From NCBI GenBank assembly GCA_013265495.1, contig MU061633.1, positions 525,726-589,725 of the forward strand: a stretch of DNA of 64,000 bases, given 5' to 3'. Positions 36,637-50,249 of this stretch are shown here, in pieces. The stretch comes from Vicugna vicugna (lineage: Eukaryota). The notes beneath the pieces are model-generated. The model was not told the origin of the DNA. It was given only the letters and a program-made list of their open reading frames with translations, and did not search any database. The position numbers were made by a program, and so were the translations under genes. The stretch's first letter is position 1, and every line of letters starts with the position of its first letter.

Positions 36637-37320
36637 GTGCAGCCACTATGGGAAACAGCATGGAGAGTCCCTAAGAGAAACTAAAAATAGAGTTATCATA
36701 TGATCCGGCGATCCCCCTCCTGGGCATATATCTGGGGGAAACTCTAATTTGAAAAGATACATGTACTCCGGTGTTCATAGCTGCACTGTTCGCTATAGCC
36801 GAGACATAGAAACAACTTAAATGTTCATTGAAGGGTGAATGGGTAAAGAAGATGTGTTTTTTATATTATTCAGCCATAAAAAAGAATGAAATAACACCAT
36901 TTACAGCAACATGGATGGACCTAGAGATTATCATACTAAGTGAAGTAAGCCAGAAAAAAAAGAAAACTACCATATGATCTCACTTATCTTAAAAAATGAC
37001 ACAAATGAACTTATTTACCAAACAGAAACAGACGCACAGACATAGAAAACAAATTTATGGTTACCAGCCGGGAAAGATGGTGGGGAGGGATAAATTGGGA
37101 GTTCAAGGTTTGCAGATACTAACTACCATATATAATATAGATAAACAATAAGGCCCTACTGTGCAGCACAGGGAACTATATTCAGTATCTTGTAATGGCC
37201 TATAATGAAAAGGAATATGGAAAGGAATATGTATATACACATACATATATATATCTGAATTACTTTGCTGTACACCAGAAAATAACACATTGTAAATCGA
37301 CCATACTTCAAACGAAAAAG
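36637..37320 (+). mobile_element. 5'-truncated LINE-1 (cetartiodactyl L1_Art-like) ORF2 end plus 3' UTR
   Basis: gtgcagccactatgggaaacagcatgg...catatgatccggcgatcccc...gggataaattgggagttcaagg...gcacagggaactatattcagtatcttg. Confidence 0.92.
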
Positions 37321-38019
37321 GAACTGTGTGCCCTGTGGCACAACTCTCACTCCCTCACACTCCTCCAGATGTTTTCCAAGAAGAGAGCTCAGGGCAGCAA
37401 AGATGTTATTGCTACAAAAGTATTTTTTTCATTTTGAGGTTTGGAAATTACATACATTTAAGAATGAAGATTAACTAAATACATTAAGGTGTTCACAAGG
37501 GTATATTAGGTAGCCAAAAATAAAATTTCAGATCACTGTTTATTGACACCTCTTGTCCATGTGATTACTGAGTTGTTATATGACAGCAATTAAAGTAAGT
37601 GGTGAAGATGGAAATGTGGCTTGTAAAACCTCTGCACCTTTTTCTAAATAGTGCCTGGGTCAGATGCTGATTACCTCCCTTTACATGCTGGATGCCATGT
37701 GCTAAGAAATTCCCATTAGGATTCTGCTGGTCGATCTCCAAATTATTCTAAGATAAACTGTGGTCAAAAGGGTGCCAGCCACTTAGGGAGCAGGCCATAG
37801 CAACAACGACAAATTTTACATGTTTGCTTTAGGGGACGGTAGGTGTTTCAGGTGGAGGTAGCCTCTGGGATGTTTGCAAGATTGGCCTGAGGCTCAGGAG
37901 AGAGTTCTGGGCCACAGAAATAGGGGATAAAATGAAGCCGTGAAGGGGGCTGAGATTGCCTACGAAGCCTGCAGAGTGAGAAAGGGGGAAAGCCTGGAGC
38001 AGAAGCCTGAAGACTCTCT

Positions 38020-38720
38020 ATGTACAAGGGATGGACATTGGAATTCCAGCCAGTAAAGCCAACTGTGTAGCCCCAACTGGGGACGTACAAAGAAGGGACA
38101 AATCTATAACTAAGGAAAGAGGCTTTTCCAAGTAGGAAGAGAAGAGTCAATCTGAATGTCAGGCAAACTAAGGACTGCAAAGCATTTATTATCGTTAACC
38201 ATCAGAGACTACAGGTGACCTAGCTAAGGCATTCCGAGGGGATATGAGGGAGGAGGCCAGATCGGAGTGGGTTCAGAAGCATGGGGTCAGTAACAGGAAT
38301 CAGCGAATGGAGACAAGTTTTTCAAGTTTCATCACACGGGGAAGGGATTTTAGCTGAAGGGGAATGAGAAGACGCTGGAGGTTCCATCCCTGCTCTCCCT
38401 TTTTTCCTTATGTGTTTAACAAACGGAGAGGATTTTAAGATGTTTGGATGCTGTTGGAAGGAGCTAGTTTATAAAAGGAATAGGGAAAGTGGGTGCATCC
38501 CCAGCGTATGGGTGTGGAGGGGCATGGACCACAGTGCACACACAGGTGGAAGGTTTACCCTTAGATGGGAGGAAAGACTTGTTTTTCACCAAATGCAGAT
38601 GAGGGGTGAGGAAAGAGCATGCAACCACAGGAGTGCAGGAGGTGTGGTGTCATGAAGCTGATGAGAAGACTGAACTAGGGAAGCAGACTGGCTGCGGGGT
38701 GATGCTGAGGACACAGGGGA
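38020..38720 (-). mobile_element. L2 internal region
   Basis: tacaggtgacctagctaaggcattcc...ggaggccagatcggagtgggttcagaag...gagacaagtttttcaag. Confidence 0.6.
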
Positions 38721-40009
38721 GACCCTCCACCAGCCACAGCTAGAGGCAGCAGCCTTTATGCTGTGTCATTTTCTCTGGAGTCACCCAATGGCTCAGACTG
38801 AGAGGGCGAAAACATACTGTTCCTCTGCTCAGTGAAATTAAACTGAGCCCAACGCCACACAGTAAGTTCCTTCACTTAACAAATATTTATGGTCCATCCA
38901 TTATGAGCCAGGCAATGCATTTTAAGCACCTGGGAACAAATAGACTCCATAAAGTGTCGACAGTTACAAAGTTTGCGTTTCAGCAGGCTCAGTTTTAGAG
39001 TCAGAGTCATACCTGTATAAATTCAAAACGTTCCAATCTCCTAGCGATAAATCTCTCTTCCTATCTTTGGGAAAGAATAAAGCCCTAAACTTTGTAAGTG
39101 AAATATCAAATAGACAAAAAAAAGATCACTGGAATTAAAGTTTAGACTGTGTACGTACAGCATATGTGCCACACAGGAGAGAATACAGCCTTAGACGCTG
39201 AGGAGCGAAGCAGAAAACTTTTGACGCTAGAGAGTCTTCCCCTCGACTCTGCGCTCTTTTAATTAAGGGACTGTTTCTTATTCATGTTTATGTTCCCAGC
39301 CCAATAGCTGACATACATTATACGTCCAATAAAAATTTGTTCAGTTAGTGAATGGATTAGTTCAAACATGACAATTAGACCAACAGGAAGAGCAATCTCT
39401 AATAAAAAGTTGAACATCACATCGAAGGAAAATATGACGTTTCAGGATTATCTTTCATCATGTTCAGTGTCAGACGTATATAGAACTCATTAACAATGAC
39501 AGGGGCTTTTATCATTACTGCTCAGTACAAAAAACAACAACATAAAAACTCTATGCGCTGGCCGTAAAGCATGTGGAAAGTCTGGAAGACAAGTTATAAC
39601 CTTAACAATGTTAATTTCAGCAATTTTCATTCAAGCCACAAGTTTCGGGTGTTTTATTGCTAGACTTTTACGACCTTCAAACTCTTGCCACAAACTTCAA
39701 TAAATTTTGAGTGGAAGATCCACTTAGCTGTGAAATACAGTTACGGTTTGATGTTGGCTGAGTAATTTGGGGCCATAAAACTATGAGAAACAGAAGACAC
39801 AAGGTTGCTTGTGGTGGTTGTTTTTCTGAAAATAAAAATTGCTGAGATAGAAGAGGCCTCATCTTCACACATTTCTTGTCTGACCGATGCAAATGCACTG
39901 TTCACTAATTCACTGATGCTCTGTTTGATTATCTATAACATAAGCATTATATTGCTAATGAACATAATCATGGCTTAATGAATGTCTTCATCCGGATGTT
40001 CTGCAAAGA

Positions 40010-40130
40010 GCACAGGCGATCTGAGTTCAAATCCTGGCTCTGCCACTGACGTGTGTGTGTGTGTGTGTGTGTGATTTATTTAGCTTCTCTTAGTTTTGGC
40101 TTTCTTAGGATAATGCCTGCTTAGGCATGG
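40010..40130 (+). mobile_element. MIR fragment containing (GT)11 at 40051-40072
   Basis: gatctgagttcaaatcctggctctgccactgac(gt)11gatt. Confidence 0.75.
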
Positions 40131-40329
40131 TCGTTGTGCCATTCACAGCACCCTTGTGTGGTTCTTCTTGAAAGACCATTTCTCAAGAGGTCTTTTCATA
40201 TGAGTTGCAATATTCTGTGTCCTGTGGTCCTACTCTTCAGACCCAGATGAACAAACTGGTGGGGAGAAGTAATTCCATGAACTGCCTGCGCCAAAATGGA
40301 CAATAGGGATTGTCTAATCCAATCAGATC

Positions 40330-40480
40330 TTGTCAAATATTTTAATGTATTATATGGTACTTAACATGTAGTGAACACTTCACAAACAGTAAGTCACTTA
40401 ACACCCATAGCAAATCTATGAGCAAGCTTCAGTTTCATGTAATATTCATTCATATGGAAAGCCTTATTGCCTTACAATTT
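40330..40480 (-). mobile_element. MIR fragment
   Basis: agtaagtcacttaacacccatagcaaatctatgag. Confidence 0.5.
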
Positions 40481-40964
40481 AAGATCAGTGAATTGTTATA
40501 CATGTTATTCTGCTTCATTTTAAATGTCTCTATGATAAATAATAATAAAAAAATAAATGGTGATATTTGGAACCAAATTATAGAAGAAGTATGGCCTTAT
40601 CATAACTATAAATGGACAAAGATTCAAAACTTGTACCATAAATGAAACAAGCATAATGGTCTAATTGTCTCTAGGAAGAAATACTAAACTAAATCTACTT
40701 TCAGGGGCCCGTGAGCTTGGCATCATTACTATCCCTGCTTTACTGTCTTATTCATCCTGTAAGGTGGGGACTGCTTCTGCCTGAGAAATCCATTCCTTCC
40801 TTGATTTGTTAGTTTTGTTTTGTGTTTTCTTTTAAATATGCCCTGCCTGAGGCTATCTCAGTGTACCCTTCTGTGTATCCAGTGCACATTCACCATATAG
40901 AAGGATAGCCTTGTAATAATGTGGAGTAAGCCTTTGTGCAACTATAATTTTAAGCTATATTTTA

Positions 40965-41312
40965 AACCGTGTGGCAGCTGAATGTAACAGTCACATGAGA
41001 GAGAGACTGCATTTTCTATCTCCATCACGGTAGGGTGAGCCTTCTGACTGAATTATGGTTAGAGTTATGTAGACAAAAGATCTCACTTTCCTTCTACTCT
41101 TTCCTTGCAGCTGGAAGCAAAGGATTCCAAGTGGGCAGAGTCACATGAAGGAAGAAATCTAGCTTTCTCAATCATTGCTCTCTTGGGGGACAGCCACCAG
41201 GAAAGCCAACAGACTTTTATAAGACCAGGACATAAGGGAGATATAAAACCTGAAGTATTAAGCCACTAAGACTTTATGGCCATTGGCTAGTGTGAATTTT
41301 TATGGCTAATTC
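40965..41312 (+). mobile_element. MLT1J/K-type MaLR LTR
   Basis: gggcagagtcacatgaaggaagaaatctagc...ttaagccactaagacttt...ggctaattcaa. Confidence 0.65.
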
Positions 41313-41339
41313 AAAAAGCATAAAAGAGGTGGGGTTGAA

Positions 41340-41600
41340 CCATTACCATCATCATCGTTATTGTAATTATAAAATTAAATAAATATAGAACATTATTTTA
41401 AGTACTTATTTAATAATTATTATTTAATTTCTAACATGGAGAATTTACTACATCCTAGATTTTATGCCAAGTACTTTTGTATATTCACTAACTCGGTTCT
41501 CCAAAATATGCAAACCAAGTGGATTTTATAAATGAAGGAATTCTTTCGGGCTGGTGGTAGAGTGGTCAAATCCGGATTCCGCGCCAGATCTGCCAATATT
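41340..41600 (-). mobile_element. MIR SINE
   Basis: atgccaagtacttttgtatattcactaactc...ttttataaatgaaggaatt. Confidence 0.5.
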
Positions 41601-42454
41601 CCACTTCTGCAATTTACTTCCCCAGCCCCTAGGCGCTCACCTGCTAGGAGAGGAGGATCAGAAATGTACTGAACAGCTACTATGTTCCAGTAGCTGTGCT
41701 AGAGGTTGGGAGTAGGAAGACAGTGTATCAGTCAAAATGAGCTGTGTTACACAGGGTAACAAATGACCCCCAGGCAGTGCTTCTGAGTTGTGAGCAAGTA
41801 TTTTTGAAAAAACATAAAGCAGTCTCCCATCCAGATACAGACAAGGCAAGCCTTTCTGAAACGTGTCACTGAATGGGGATGCCATTGTAAAGAAACGTGA
41901 ACCAGGCAGGCTGTTCTTTTCAATGAATCAACTTTCTGTTACTTGAAATTAGGTTAGAAGTGTTAACATCTCCAATGATATGCATGAAAAATTCAAAGTT
42001 AAAAAAAAAGGTTCAAATCCGAAACATTACAGTCTTACTTTCTTCCAAAAATAGCACGTTGCCAACTGAAGTCAGGCATTAACTAAGCTATGGCTCACAA
42101 GTGTGCAGAGCAGAACTCAAGCACTAGGAGTCAAAGCAGCAATTATTCTACATGAAGTGACTAATTTGTCCAAAGACACATAAACGAATTCAATTTTTCT
42201 TTGTCGACCGTAAATATTTAGCATTTCTGAATACAACCCATGTGGACTGGTGAGTAACAACGATTTGACTTCTTTATCAAAATAAACTTGCCTCTCATCC
42301 CTGAGCATTCACAAAATGCAATCACGTGCAAAGTGGCCATGTGAGCCTGAGCAGGTCCCTTCTTCCTGGGCGTCATACAGAAAATGGGGACAGTTAGGCA
42401 AGGTGATGGGCAAGTCTCCGCCACCCCTAGCTGGGTTACTTCTCTCCATGGAGA

Positions 42455-42640
42455 AGCAGATAGTACACAGGGTAGAGTAAGAGGGTTGGGCTCAAGTTCT
42501 ACTCCAGTTTTACTAACTTTGAATTAAAGGGAGTATTTTTGTTCCCTAGGCATCAGTTTTTCTCAGGTGTAAAGTGATGATAATAATGCCTGCCTCTTCA
42601 AGTGCATGTGATGGTTAAGATAAAGATTTGAAAATGATTA
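42455..42640 (+). mobile_element. MIR SINE
   Basis: ccctaggcatcagttttctcaggtgtaaagtgatgataataatgcctgcctc. Confidence 0.6.
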
Positions 42641-42829
42641 GTGAAGTGGGAAGTCTTCCACGTACCATGCTCCATGCTGATCTCTACAGATACAGGGATG
42701 GCAGTAAGAGGCTTCTGCCTTCGGGATGTTTGTCCTAGTGAGGGGAGTGAATAGACAATGTACTAATAATGGATAATCGTTTAAAGCGTGTGCTACATGC
42801 AGGCTCTGAGTCAATCTCTTTCTTTTATT

Positions 42830-43080
42830 CATTCATCTAACAAATATTTTCTGGTAACCAGTACCAGGTTAGTACCAGGTACCGCTTGGTCACTTGCATT
42901 AGCTTCTCACATCATTTTCTTGCATTAACCTTCATAATAAGTCATGAGACAGAGTATTTTGCAATGTTACTTTCAACAGAAAGGATGCTGAAACTCAGAA
43001 AGGTTCAGTCGCTTTTGCCAGTTCAAAAAACGCTAATATTGGTAAAGTTGAGTTAGGACCTTAAGTCTTTCTGAATGTAA
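42830..43080 (-). mobile_element. MIR/L2 fragments
   Basis: ttcattcatctaacaaatatt...; aaggatgctgaaactcagaaaggttcagtcgc. Confidence 0.55.
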
Positions 43081-43704
43081 GATCTGTATCTTTACCTGAA
43101 ATGTAACTGGCCTGGAAAGGAGGGCAATCAAGGAGGGCTTACCAGGGCAGAGAGGGGAGATGTGGTCTTTGATATAGGAGATCTCCAGGGAGACAGGAGA
43201 TTTGAGGGGCCCTTTTTAAAAACAAAGGGTCCAGCAACTGTAAAGATGTAGAAGCTGGAAATGGCACCTGAATCTGAAATGTCACTAAATAAGTAGAGCT
43301 TTAGTGTGTATTACACCGTTAGTATTTTATGCAAAACTGTCACCTCGTTGGCCAGGTTCGTATGTTGCTTTGCTCTTTCTCCCTCCCCTCACCAGTCTAA
43401 TTACCTTGCCGGTGGCGTCTCTGTTCTCCTCCTCCCAGTTCATTCTTTTGAATTGAGATTTGAGAGAAAAATGAGTCAGCCACTCTCATAGCCGGTTGCA
43501 CTGACTTTTTCAGAGCATCTGGACAGCAGCCTGCATTTGGTTTCAGCTCAGAAAATACATACTGCCAAAAATAGACTCATCTCTGTCTGTAGCTTTGCAG
43601 CTGGAGGAAGCCAAGCAGATGGCAATGAAGCCAAGAACGGACTCCATAGGACACCCTGAAACAGTGCAGAAGGGCCAGCCCCAGGAGTCCCAGAGGGAGA
43701 GTTT

Positions 43705-43706
<2 letters not shown>

Positions 43707-43750
<44 letters not shown>
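43707..43750. repeat. (TG)22 microsatellite
   Basis: Counted directly. Confidence 0.98.
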
Positions 43751-43752
<2 letters not shown>

Positions 43753-43884
43753 CACCACACGTGAAGCTTTCAGAGTATCCACAGGGAAAGTAGATGGCAA
43801 AGTTTATGCTGGAAAATACACTCGGCCCAACTTCCCACATCTCCTGAACACATTACAGACAGTGATTAGGAAGGTGATACCGTG

Positions 43885-44110
43885 TGGCAGTGAAGGGCGA
43901 GGGCTCTCGGGCCAGGCTGCCTGGATTTCTGTCCTAGGTCTGCCACTCCCTGCCTTTATGACTTTGGGCAACTTACTTTAATACTCGCTGCCATAGTTTT
44001 CTTCAAAACGAGACTGGTAATTTTGCCCCTCTCCTGGGGATTATTCTAAGGAATAAATGCAGTAATTCATTACCTAGCAGACGGTGTATGTTCAACAAAT
44101 GATGGCTTTT
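43885..44110 (+). mobile_element. MIR SINE
   Basis: caggctgcctggatttctgtcctaggtctgccact...atgactttgggcaacttacttta. Confidence 0.75.
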
Positions 44111-45859
44111 CGTTGGTTCTTTTCGATGTTATGATGATGTTATGGAACACCTTGGGCCTTTTTTAATTGTAATCTTGGAAAGAGCAATAAATAGCATTAT
44201 TCCTTCTTTGTTATTGAGGAAAGAGGGGGGCACACAAAGGTCAAAGGTATGAAGCAGAAAAAGAACACTCAGAAAAGCAAGCAACTGTAATTGTGGGTCA
44301 CTGCTGTGAAGGAGGACTGCTGGTACAGGAGTGGCTGATAATCCTGACAGTGGGTTTGTGTTACTCTGATGTAAAGGTTAGGGAGAGAGGGGGATGCTGT
44401 TTTAGAAAGAGAAAACTCTTTGAGAAAATATCTAACCTGACTTCTCTGGAGAAGCCCACGTGCTAGCTTGGTTGGAATCTAAGGTGCAAGGAGGCAAGGG
44501 TGAGAGAGGAAACAAGAGCCCCCCACTGACCTCGTGTGGCAGCCGAGGGGTTCGGGCTTCAGCCTGTGAGGACTGAGGAGGGTTTGGAGAAGGAGAGCAG
44601 CTCGTGGGAAAGCCCAAGGGAGAAATAGCTGGCGACAGAGACCCAGCTACTGAGAGTCTGCCTGCGAGTCCAAGTTTCAAATTGGTGAGGAAAAAAAAAT
44701 CCCCCAGAGGGATTTGCTGAATCAAAACTCAGCCCAGTCTACCTGCTAATTTTACCGCCTCCTTCATTTTATGCGGGTGCTATTTTTATGCACAGTTGTC
44801 CATTTTTCCCACTAGAGATGGGATTCAGTCTAGCATTCCTTTCTGAACACTGTTTACAGTGCTTTCTTTTATGTTTCTTTTTCTAAGAGTGGGAGAATGT
44901 GTCAGACTCTTCAAAATTTTGTAGTGAGCATCCTTGCCCGTGGCTCCTTCTGTAACTCCATCCAGCCCTCCCACCCTCTCAGCACCCTCAGATCTTTTGG
45001 TGGTTGTTTGCCTCTAAGAGATGAGAGTGAATTGGGAACAATGGACTAGCCTAGTGCTTTGTCTTAATGTTAGAAGACGCTGCCTTGCAGGGACTGATGA
45101 TAGAGCTGCTGGAGGCTGTGCGGAATCTCAGCAGGGGTACCAGAGGACCAGTAAGTTCAACCAAACTCAAAAAAGTCAATACATCTTTGTGCAGGTTAAT
45201 AACCACACGGTGTGCTCTCACATGTGCATTGGATATAAAGCATTGCTTAGAATATATTGCAATATATAACCATTACTTATTTTCATAAACATACTCTACT
45301 TCTCTCAGGTACTATTCTATTTTTCTCCCCTCCTCTTATACTTAAGCACTCTTCATGCAAGCAGTATCAAACCTCTCTCAAGCCCTCAGAACACCCCCTA
45401 TTTATAAAATAATGTTTCCTATATTTCATTCATTCTTTTGTTCATTTATTTACGTGCCAAACATTTCCCTGAGGAGCTGTTATATGCACACACCTTCGGG
45501 GAAGGTATTGAAGTGAAAAGTCATGTTCCTTAAAAATGGTTTCCTTCTGGCTTTACATACTAAGGCCACCTACATAGTAATCTCAAGGAAGTCAGCACTC
45601 TCGCCCACCTCATTTTTTTCTAGGATATAACAGACTGCAGTTTAGAAGGGAACCACCTCCTGGAAGTTAAAATTGAATGACAATTGACAACAGGGAAAAG
45701 ACAGACAAATGTTCAGCCAGGAAACTACAAATCGTCCAACCTATAATCTCCAGGGACATCTATATGACACAGCTAATATAATCTATTGATATGCGTAAAG
45801 ATGACTGATGGTTTGCAAAACGGCTCACTTTTTTCTCACTCCTTTCCCCGTTTAATTTA

Positions 45860-46429
45860 TGACCAAGTTCTATCAGTTATATCTCTTTAGCATTTTCTGT
45901 GTTAATTACCTTCTTCCCCATTTCCCCTGCTACCATCTTGAATACACCCATGTCATCTTTTGTCTGGATTATTGAACTAATTTCTTAACTAATTTCCTAT
46001 GTCTTTCCAGCATCTCATGACCCCAGTCTCAAAGCCACCAACTGGATCTCTCAGAGATGGAACTGTCACTGAGCACTTTTAAACTCAAACTATTTAGTAA
46101 CACCCTCTACACAGTTCTTGATCTGGTCCCTGAAGCCCTGTCCAGTCTCATCTCTGGACAGAGCACCATTCATTTCTTTAAGTCACATGGACCAACATGT
46201 GGTTTAGGGCTCCAGGCCTTAGGTCACTCTTCCAACTGCCCAAGAATCCTTTCTTCCACCCTACATCTGGCAAAACCATGGTCACATTTCAAGATTCCAT
46301 GCAGTTGCTAGCTTATTTACTTTCTCTAACTACCCTTTGCCCAAATATATCAATGACTTAAGCTTTGTGACTTCCTTCACCCCCCCATAATCTGTGCAGA
46401 TTTCACCAGTTACTATATCTATATGTTTA

Positions 46430-46472
<43 letters not shown>

Positions 46473-46625
46473 ATATCCACATACATCCACTTCCAATGTG
46501 TCAATTCTGTGCAGCCCCAGATGGTGGACAGAGTCAGGTCTCATTTATCTCTATGTCCCTAAACTTTAAACAGTGCTGGCTACATAGCATTTGTCCAATA
46601 AGTTTGTGTCAATGAATGAAAATAT
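45860..46625 (+). mobile_element. L2 3' region
   Basis: atcttttgtctggattattgaactaatttcttaact...cagtgctggctacatagcatttgtccaataagtttgtgtcaatgaatgaa. Confidence 0.75.
46431..46470. repeat. (ATCT)10 microsatellite
   Basis: Counted directly. Confidence 0.97.
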
Positions 46626-46949
46626 GAAAGAAAGAAAGAGAGGAAGAAATGCTCAGTTTCCTTGTGCAATTAAACAGGTAAATGGATAATGGCTTAGAAA
46701 GGTTTTTATCACAAGTTGTGACAGCATCTTTAAAACATTTTGAATGTTTCAACAAAAAAATTGTCAGTATTCAGGAGGATTCACTGATTCAGAATATTTC
46801 CAATTAGAGCTGTTAGGACTCTGTACTCTGGTTGTTTATACACCTACTGCTCCAAATAGATGGTTGGCTTCTTGAAATAATGAGCCATGCTTTCTCCATC
46901 ATGGTATTACTCACCATCAATAAAAATAAATATGCTTCATACATAGTGT

Positions 46950-47700
46950 TTTTTCATGTTGCTTTAAAATTGTGGTAAAATATTCATAACATGAAATTGA
47001 TCTTTTAAACCATTTTTAAGTGTACCATCCAGTGGCATTAAATACATTCACGTTGCTGTGCAACCCTCACCGCCATCCATCTCAAAAAATTTTCTATCAA
47101 CCCACACTTAAAATCTGTCCCCATTAAACAGCAACTCCTCTTTACCTCCCTTCCCCAGCCTCTGGTAACCTAGTAAGTGGAACAGTGGTCACTGTTCTAC
47201 TTTGTGTCTCTATGAACTTGACTATTCTAAGTATCTCATACAAATGGAGTCATACAATATTTGTCCCTTTGTGAGTGGCCTATTTCACTTCGCATAATGT
47301 CTTTAAGTTTCACCCATGTTGTAGCATATATCAAATTTCCATTCCTTTTTAAGGCAGAATAATATTTCATTGTGCGTACGTACCATATTTTGTTCATTCA
47401 TTATTTATGATTCATTCATCCATTGGTGGACAACCAAAAGGTTGTCTCCACCTTTCGGCTATTGCGAAAAATGTTGCTACGATCATTGGTGTACCGATAC
47501 TTGTTTGAGTGTCTGCTTTCAGTTATTTTGGTAGTTCTCTGTGTAACTTTTTGAGCAACCTCCATACTGTCTTCCAAACTGGCTGTATACCATTTAACCT
47601 TCCCACCAGAAATGCACAAGAGTTGCAATTACTCCACATCCTCACCAACACTTATTTTCCATTGTTTTAAAAAAATAATGGCCACCCTGCTGGGTGCAGT
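46950..47700 (-). mobile_element. L1MB-type 3' UTR and ORF2 end
   Basis: aaattgtggtaaaatattcataacat...cattttaagtgtaccatccagtggcattaaatacattcac...ccacatcctcaccaacactt. Confidence 0.9.
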
Positions 47701-48129
47701 GTTATAAATACTTGTAACTAAATGAAAAAGTGAGCATAATCTACTGGGGTTATAGATAATGAAGACCACAAGCAGATTGGTAAAATAAATGTAACCGCAG
47801 AGTAGTGGTGCCTTGTTAAAACACAGACTTTCAGGTTAAATTTCTGGTTCTTTCAATTAACAGCTAAGCAGACCAAAGTGAAACCAGAATTTCCTGTTTC
47901 CCTATCTGTAAAAAGGATTTAATGATATCAAGCATACAATGTTATTTTGACAAACAAAAAAATGTCAATAAAGGTTTTCCTCGAAGCGTTTCTTCCAAGA
48001 GACCCATTAAGAGTGTAATTATCCCAGTTTCAGCCAGCCAGGGGCCAGAAAGGCTTCTGAAGGACTGTTCTTTAATGCCACTCTCCCCCACCCCGACACT
48101 CAGACAACAACCTCCACTCTGTATTTTCA

Positions 48130-48365
48130 TTACTATGGGAATGAGGAAGTTCACTTGGCTGGATGTCAGGAGACTGGGATCTCCATTCTGAATCCTCTTA
48201 TTTCATGCAGGTGACCTTGCATAGGGCACTTCACCTCCGCCCGTGCTTTTGTTTACTTCAGCTGAAAAACAGGGAACCAGATAAGCAACTGTAAGCTCGG
48301 GGCGATGATGAGTAAATGAGATCATGTCTGGACAAAAGCATCAAAGACCTGCAATACGTAACCGC
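48130..48365 (+). mobile_element. MIR SINE
   Basis: gcaggtgaccttgcatagggcacttcacctcc...cagctgaaaaacaggg. Confidence 0.6.
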
Positions 48366-48934
48366 CATATTTGACTCTAAATTTCTGCTGCCTACAGGGT
48401 GAAAAATGGCCATCGATGATTCAGTCAGAGGAGCTAATCCAGGTTTTCATATAAACCATCCACGGTGTTCCCCATTTCCCTACCCGCCACGGAGGATCCA
48501 TGAGTTGATGCATGTCTATAATTCCCTTGAAAGTGCTTTGGAAAGTGCAGAGCACTATCAAATGTATGTTGTCATTACACTTCGTATTAGGGGCCTGATT
48601 CAATGCTATTAAAATCCGACAGCAGGTAGGATGGGAAAGGTAGGCAGATTTCCAAACAGATAACAACTTTTAACAGCATCCGACTGTATCCAAAGCATGT
48701 GGATCCTTCTGATGAGCAACAAAAATAGCTGCAGTTCCTCTGACAGCCAAGCAAAGCTGTGAATTAATGGGAAGTCATTCTCTAGGGAGCATTCTCCCCC
48801 ATGAATAGGAAAAAAATGACTGCAATAATCAAGCAGTTATGTTAGTCATGCTGATTTGAAAATGTATCAGGGCAAAATTCACTTGTGAGTTTACCATGGT
48901 CACCTTCTCACACAAGGGAAGATCAAAATGTGAC

Positions 48935-49090
48935 CAGATACAGAACGTGAACCCTGTTGGGAGGTCCTCAGAGGACACCCAGTCAATTATTGTGTAGGTG
49001 GAGAAATAGAAGACCTGAGGCGAAGCGATGTGTGTGAAGTCACCCAGCTAGTGAGAAGTGAAACCAGGCCTAGAATTCAGGTTTCCTGAG
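48935..49090 (-). mobile_element. MIR SINE
   Basis: gaagtcacccagctagtgagaagtgaaaccaggcctagaattcaggtttcctgagtc. Confidence 0.7.
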
Positions 49091-49359
49091 TCGGTCACCA
49101 AAAATAATCATGAACCTAAATTCAAATGACCTTGATTTGAGTCCAGACTTCGCTACTTTTAAGACTATGACCTCAGTAAAGTTTATTTCTAGGTTCCACT
49201 CAAGCCGTATCATTTTAAAAGTGTAACAGGGAGTTCCAATTCCTCTTTTTTTGCACATTAGATCTGAAATTCCTTAGTTGGCTACCACGTGTGGGTTATT
49301 TCCTCATTAGCCGGCCATTTCTGGAATTTAAACTTGACACTGGAATATGCAATCCAATC

Positions 49360-49475
49360 GCCTAAGGAGCTGGTAGAGATTCAGATTCTGATTCAGACAG
49401 TTGGGGGTGGTTCCTGAGGCTTCGCATGTGACGCCGATGCGGCTGGTCCGTGCACTGCCCTTTGAGGCTCAAGGA
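49360..49475. mobile_element. MER5A-type hAT-Charlie MITE fragment
   Basis: cagattctgattcagacagttgggggtggttcctgagg...gatgcggctggtccgtgcactgccctttgag. Confidence 0.7.
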
Positions 49476-50249
49476 CAGAGAGAATGCAGAAACCACCTCC
49501 CACGCAGGTCTCTGGGTGAGATATTTTACTCTATGAATGATGTCTGCCAGCATCATGGAAATACGCCATGCTATGTTTCACACCCACATCGAGGAATCAA
49601 AGGTGACAAAGACTGATAGAAGTTCAGACTGTGTCCTTGTTGCCAACACTTTCACAATGCTTCCCCAGCCTAGCCATCTTCCTATCACCGTAACAATTGC
49701 CACTGCACAATAAACACCAGGGTCATTATGAGGAAAGATGATGTGAACAAATCCATGACTTTAACCTTGTTTCTAATTAGAAGTGATTGTCTTCACGCAT
49801 TGATCTCATCATTTTTCAGGAGATCTGTATCTCCTCCTTAACAGAGGACAATTCCCTAACTAGCTGGAGACGTTTTGGTCTCTGAACGGCATGGAAAGTA
49901 TTTAGAGCCATCTATATCTTCCTTGTAGCGCACCCAGTTGCATTTCAGAACCTCCCGTGGTCTCAGATTGAAAGAAGAGGGGTGCCATTGAGTTTTTGAT
50001 GATGATGATGAAGATAGCCGTCATCTGCTAAGTCCTTACAGGGCACAGTGCATTGTTTTAGTCATTTTACTCTGTGACTTTGTTCAGTCTTTGCAATGAC
50101 ACTGAAACAGATAATATTATTAGTGGCTATTATTAACCAACCTGCCCAAGGTTTGCACATCTGATAAGTGGGAATGCAAGATTCAAATCTGAATGATCTG
50201 CGTCCAAAATCCACACTCCTACCATTCACATTGTGAAAATAAATTTCAA

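Noticed and set aside
18746-39894. Scattered perfect octamers (18746, 25732, about 29663, 39887) as a system
   Set aside because: About the number expected by chance for an 8-mer in AT-rich 64 kb.
44238-44250. DR1-like nuclear receptor element AGGTCA-A-AGGTAT
   Set aside because: The second half-site is imperfect, and single motif hits are uninformative without conservation.
44697-44716. AAATCCCC-caga-GGGGATTT hairpin / NF-kB-like site
   Set aside because: An 8-bp stem is expected by chance in 64 kb, and it does not match the kB consensus fully.
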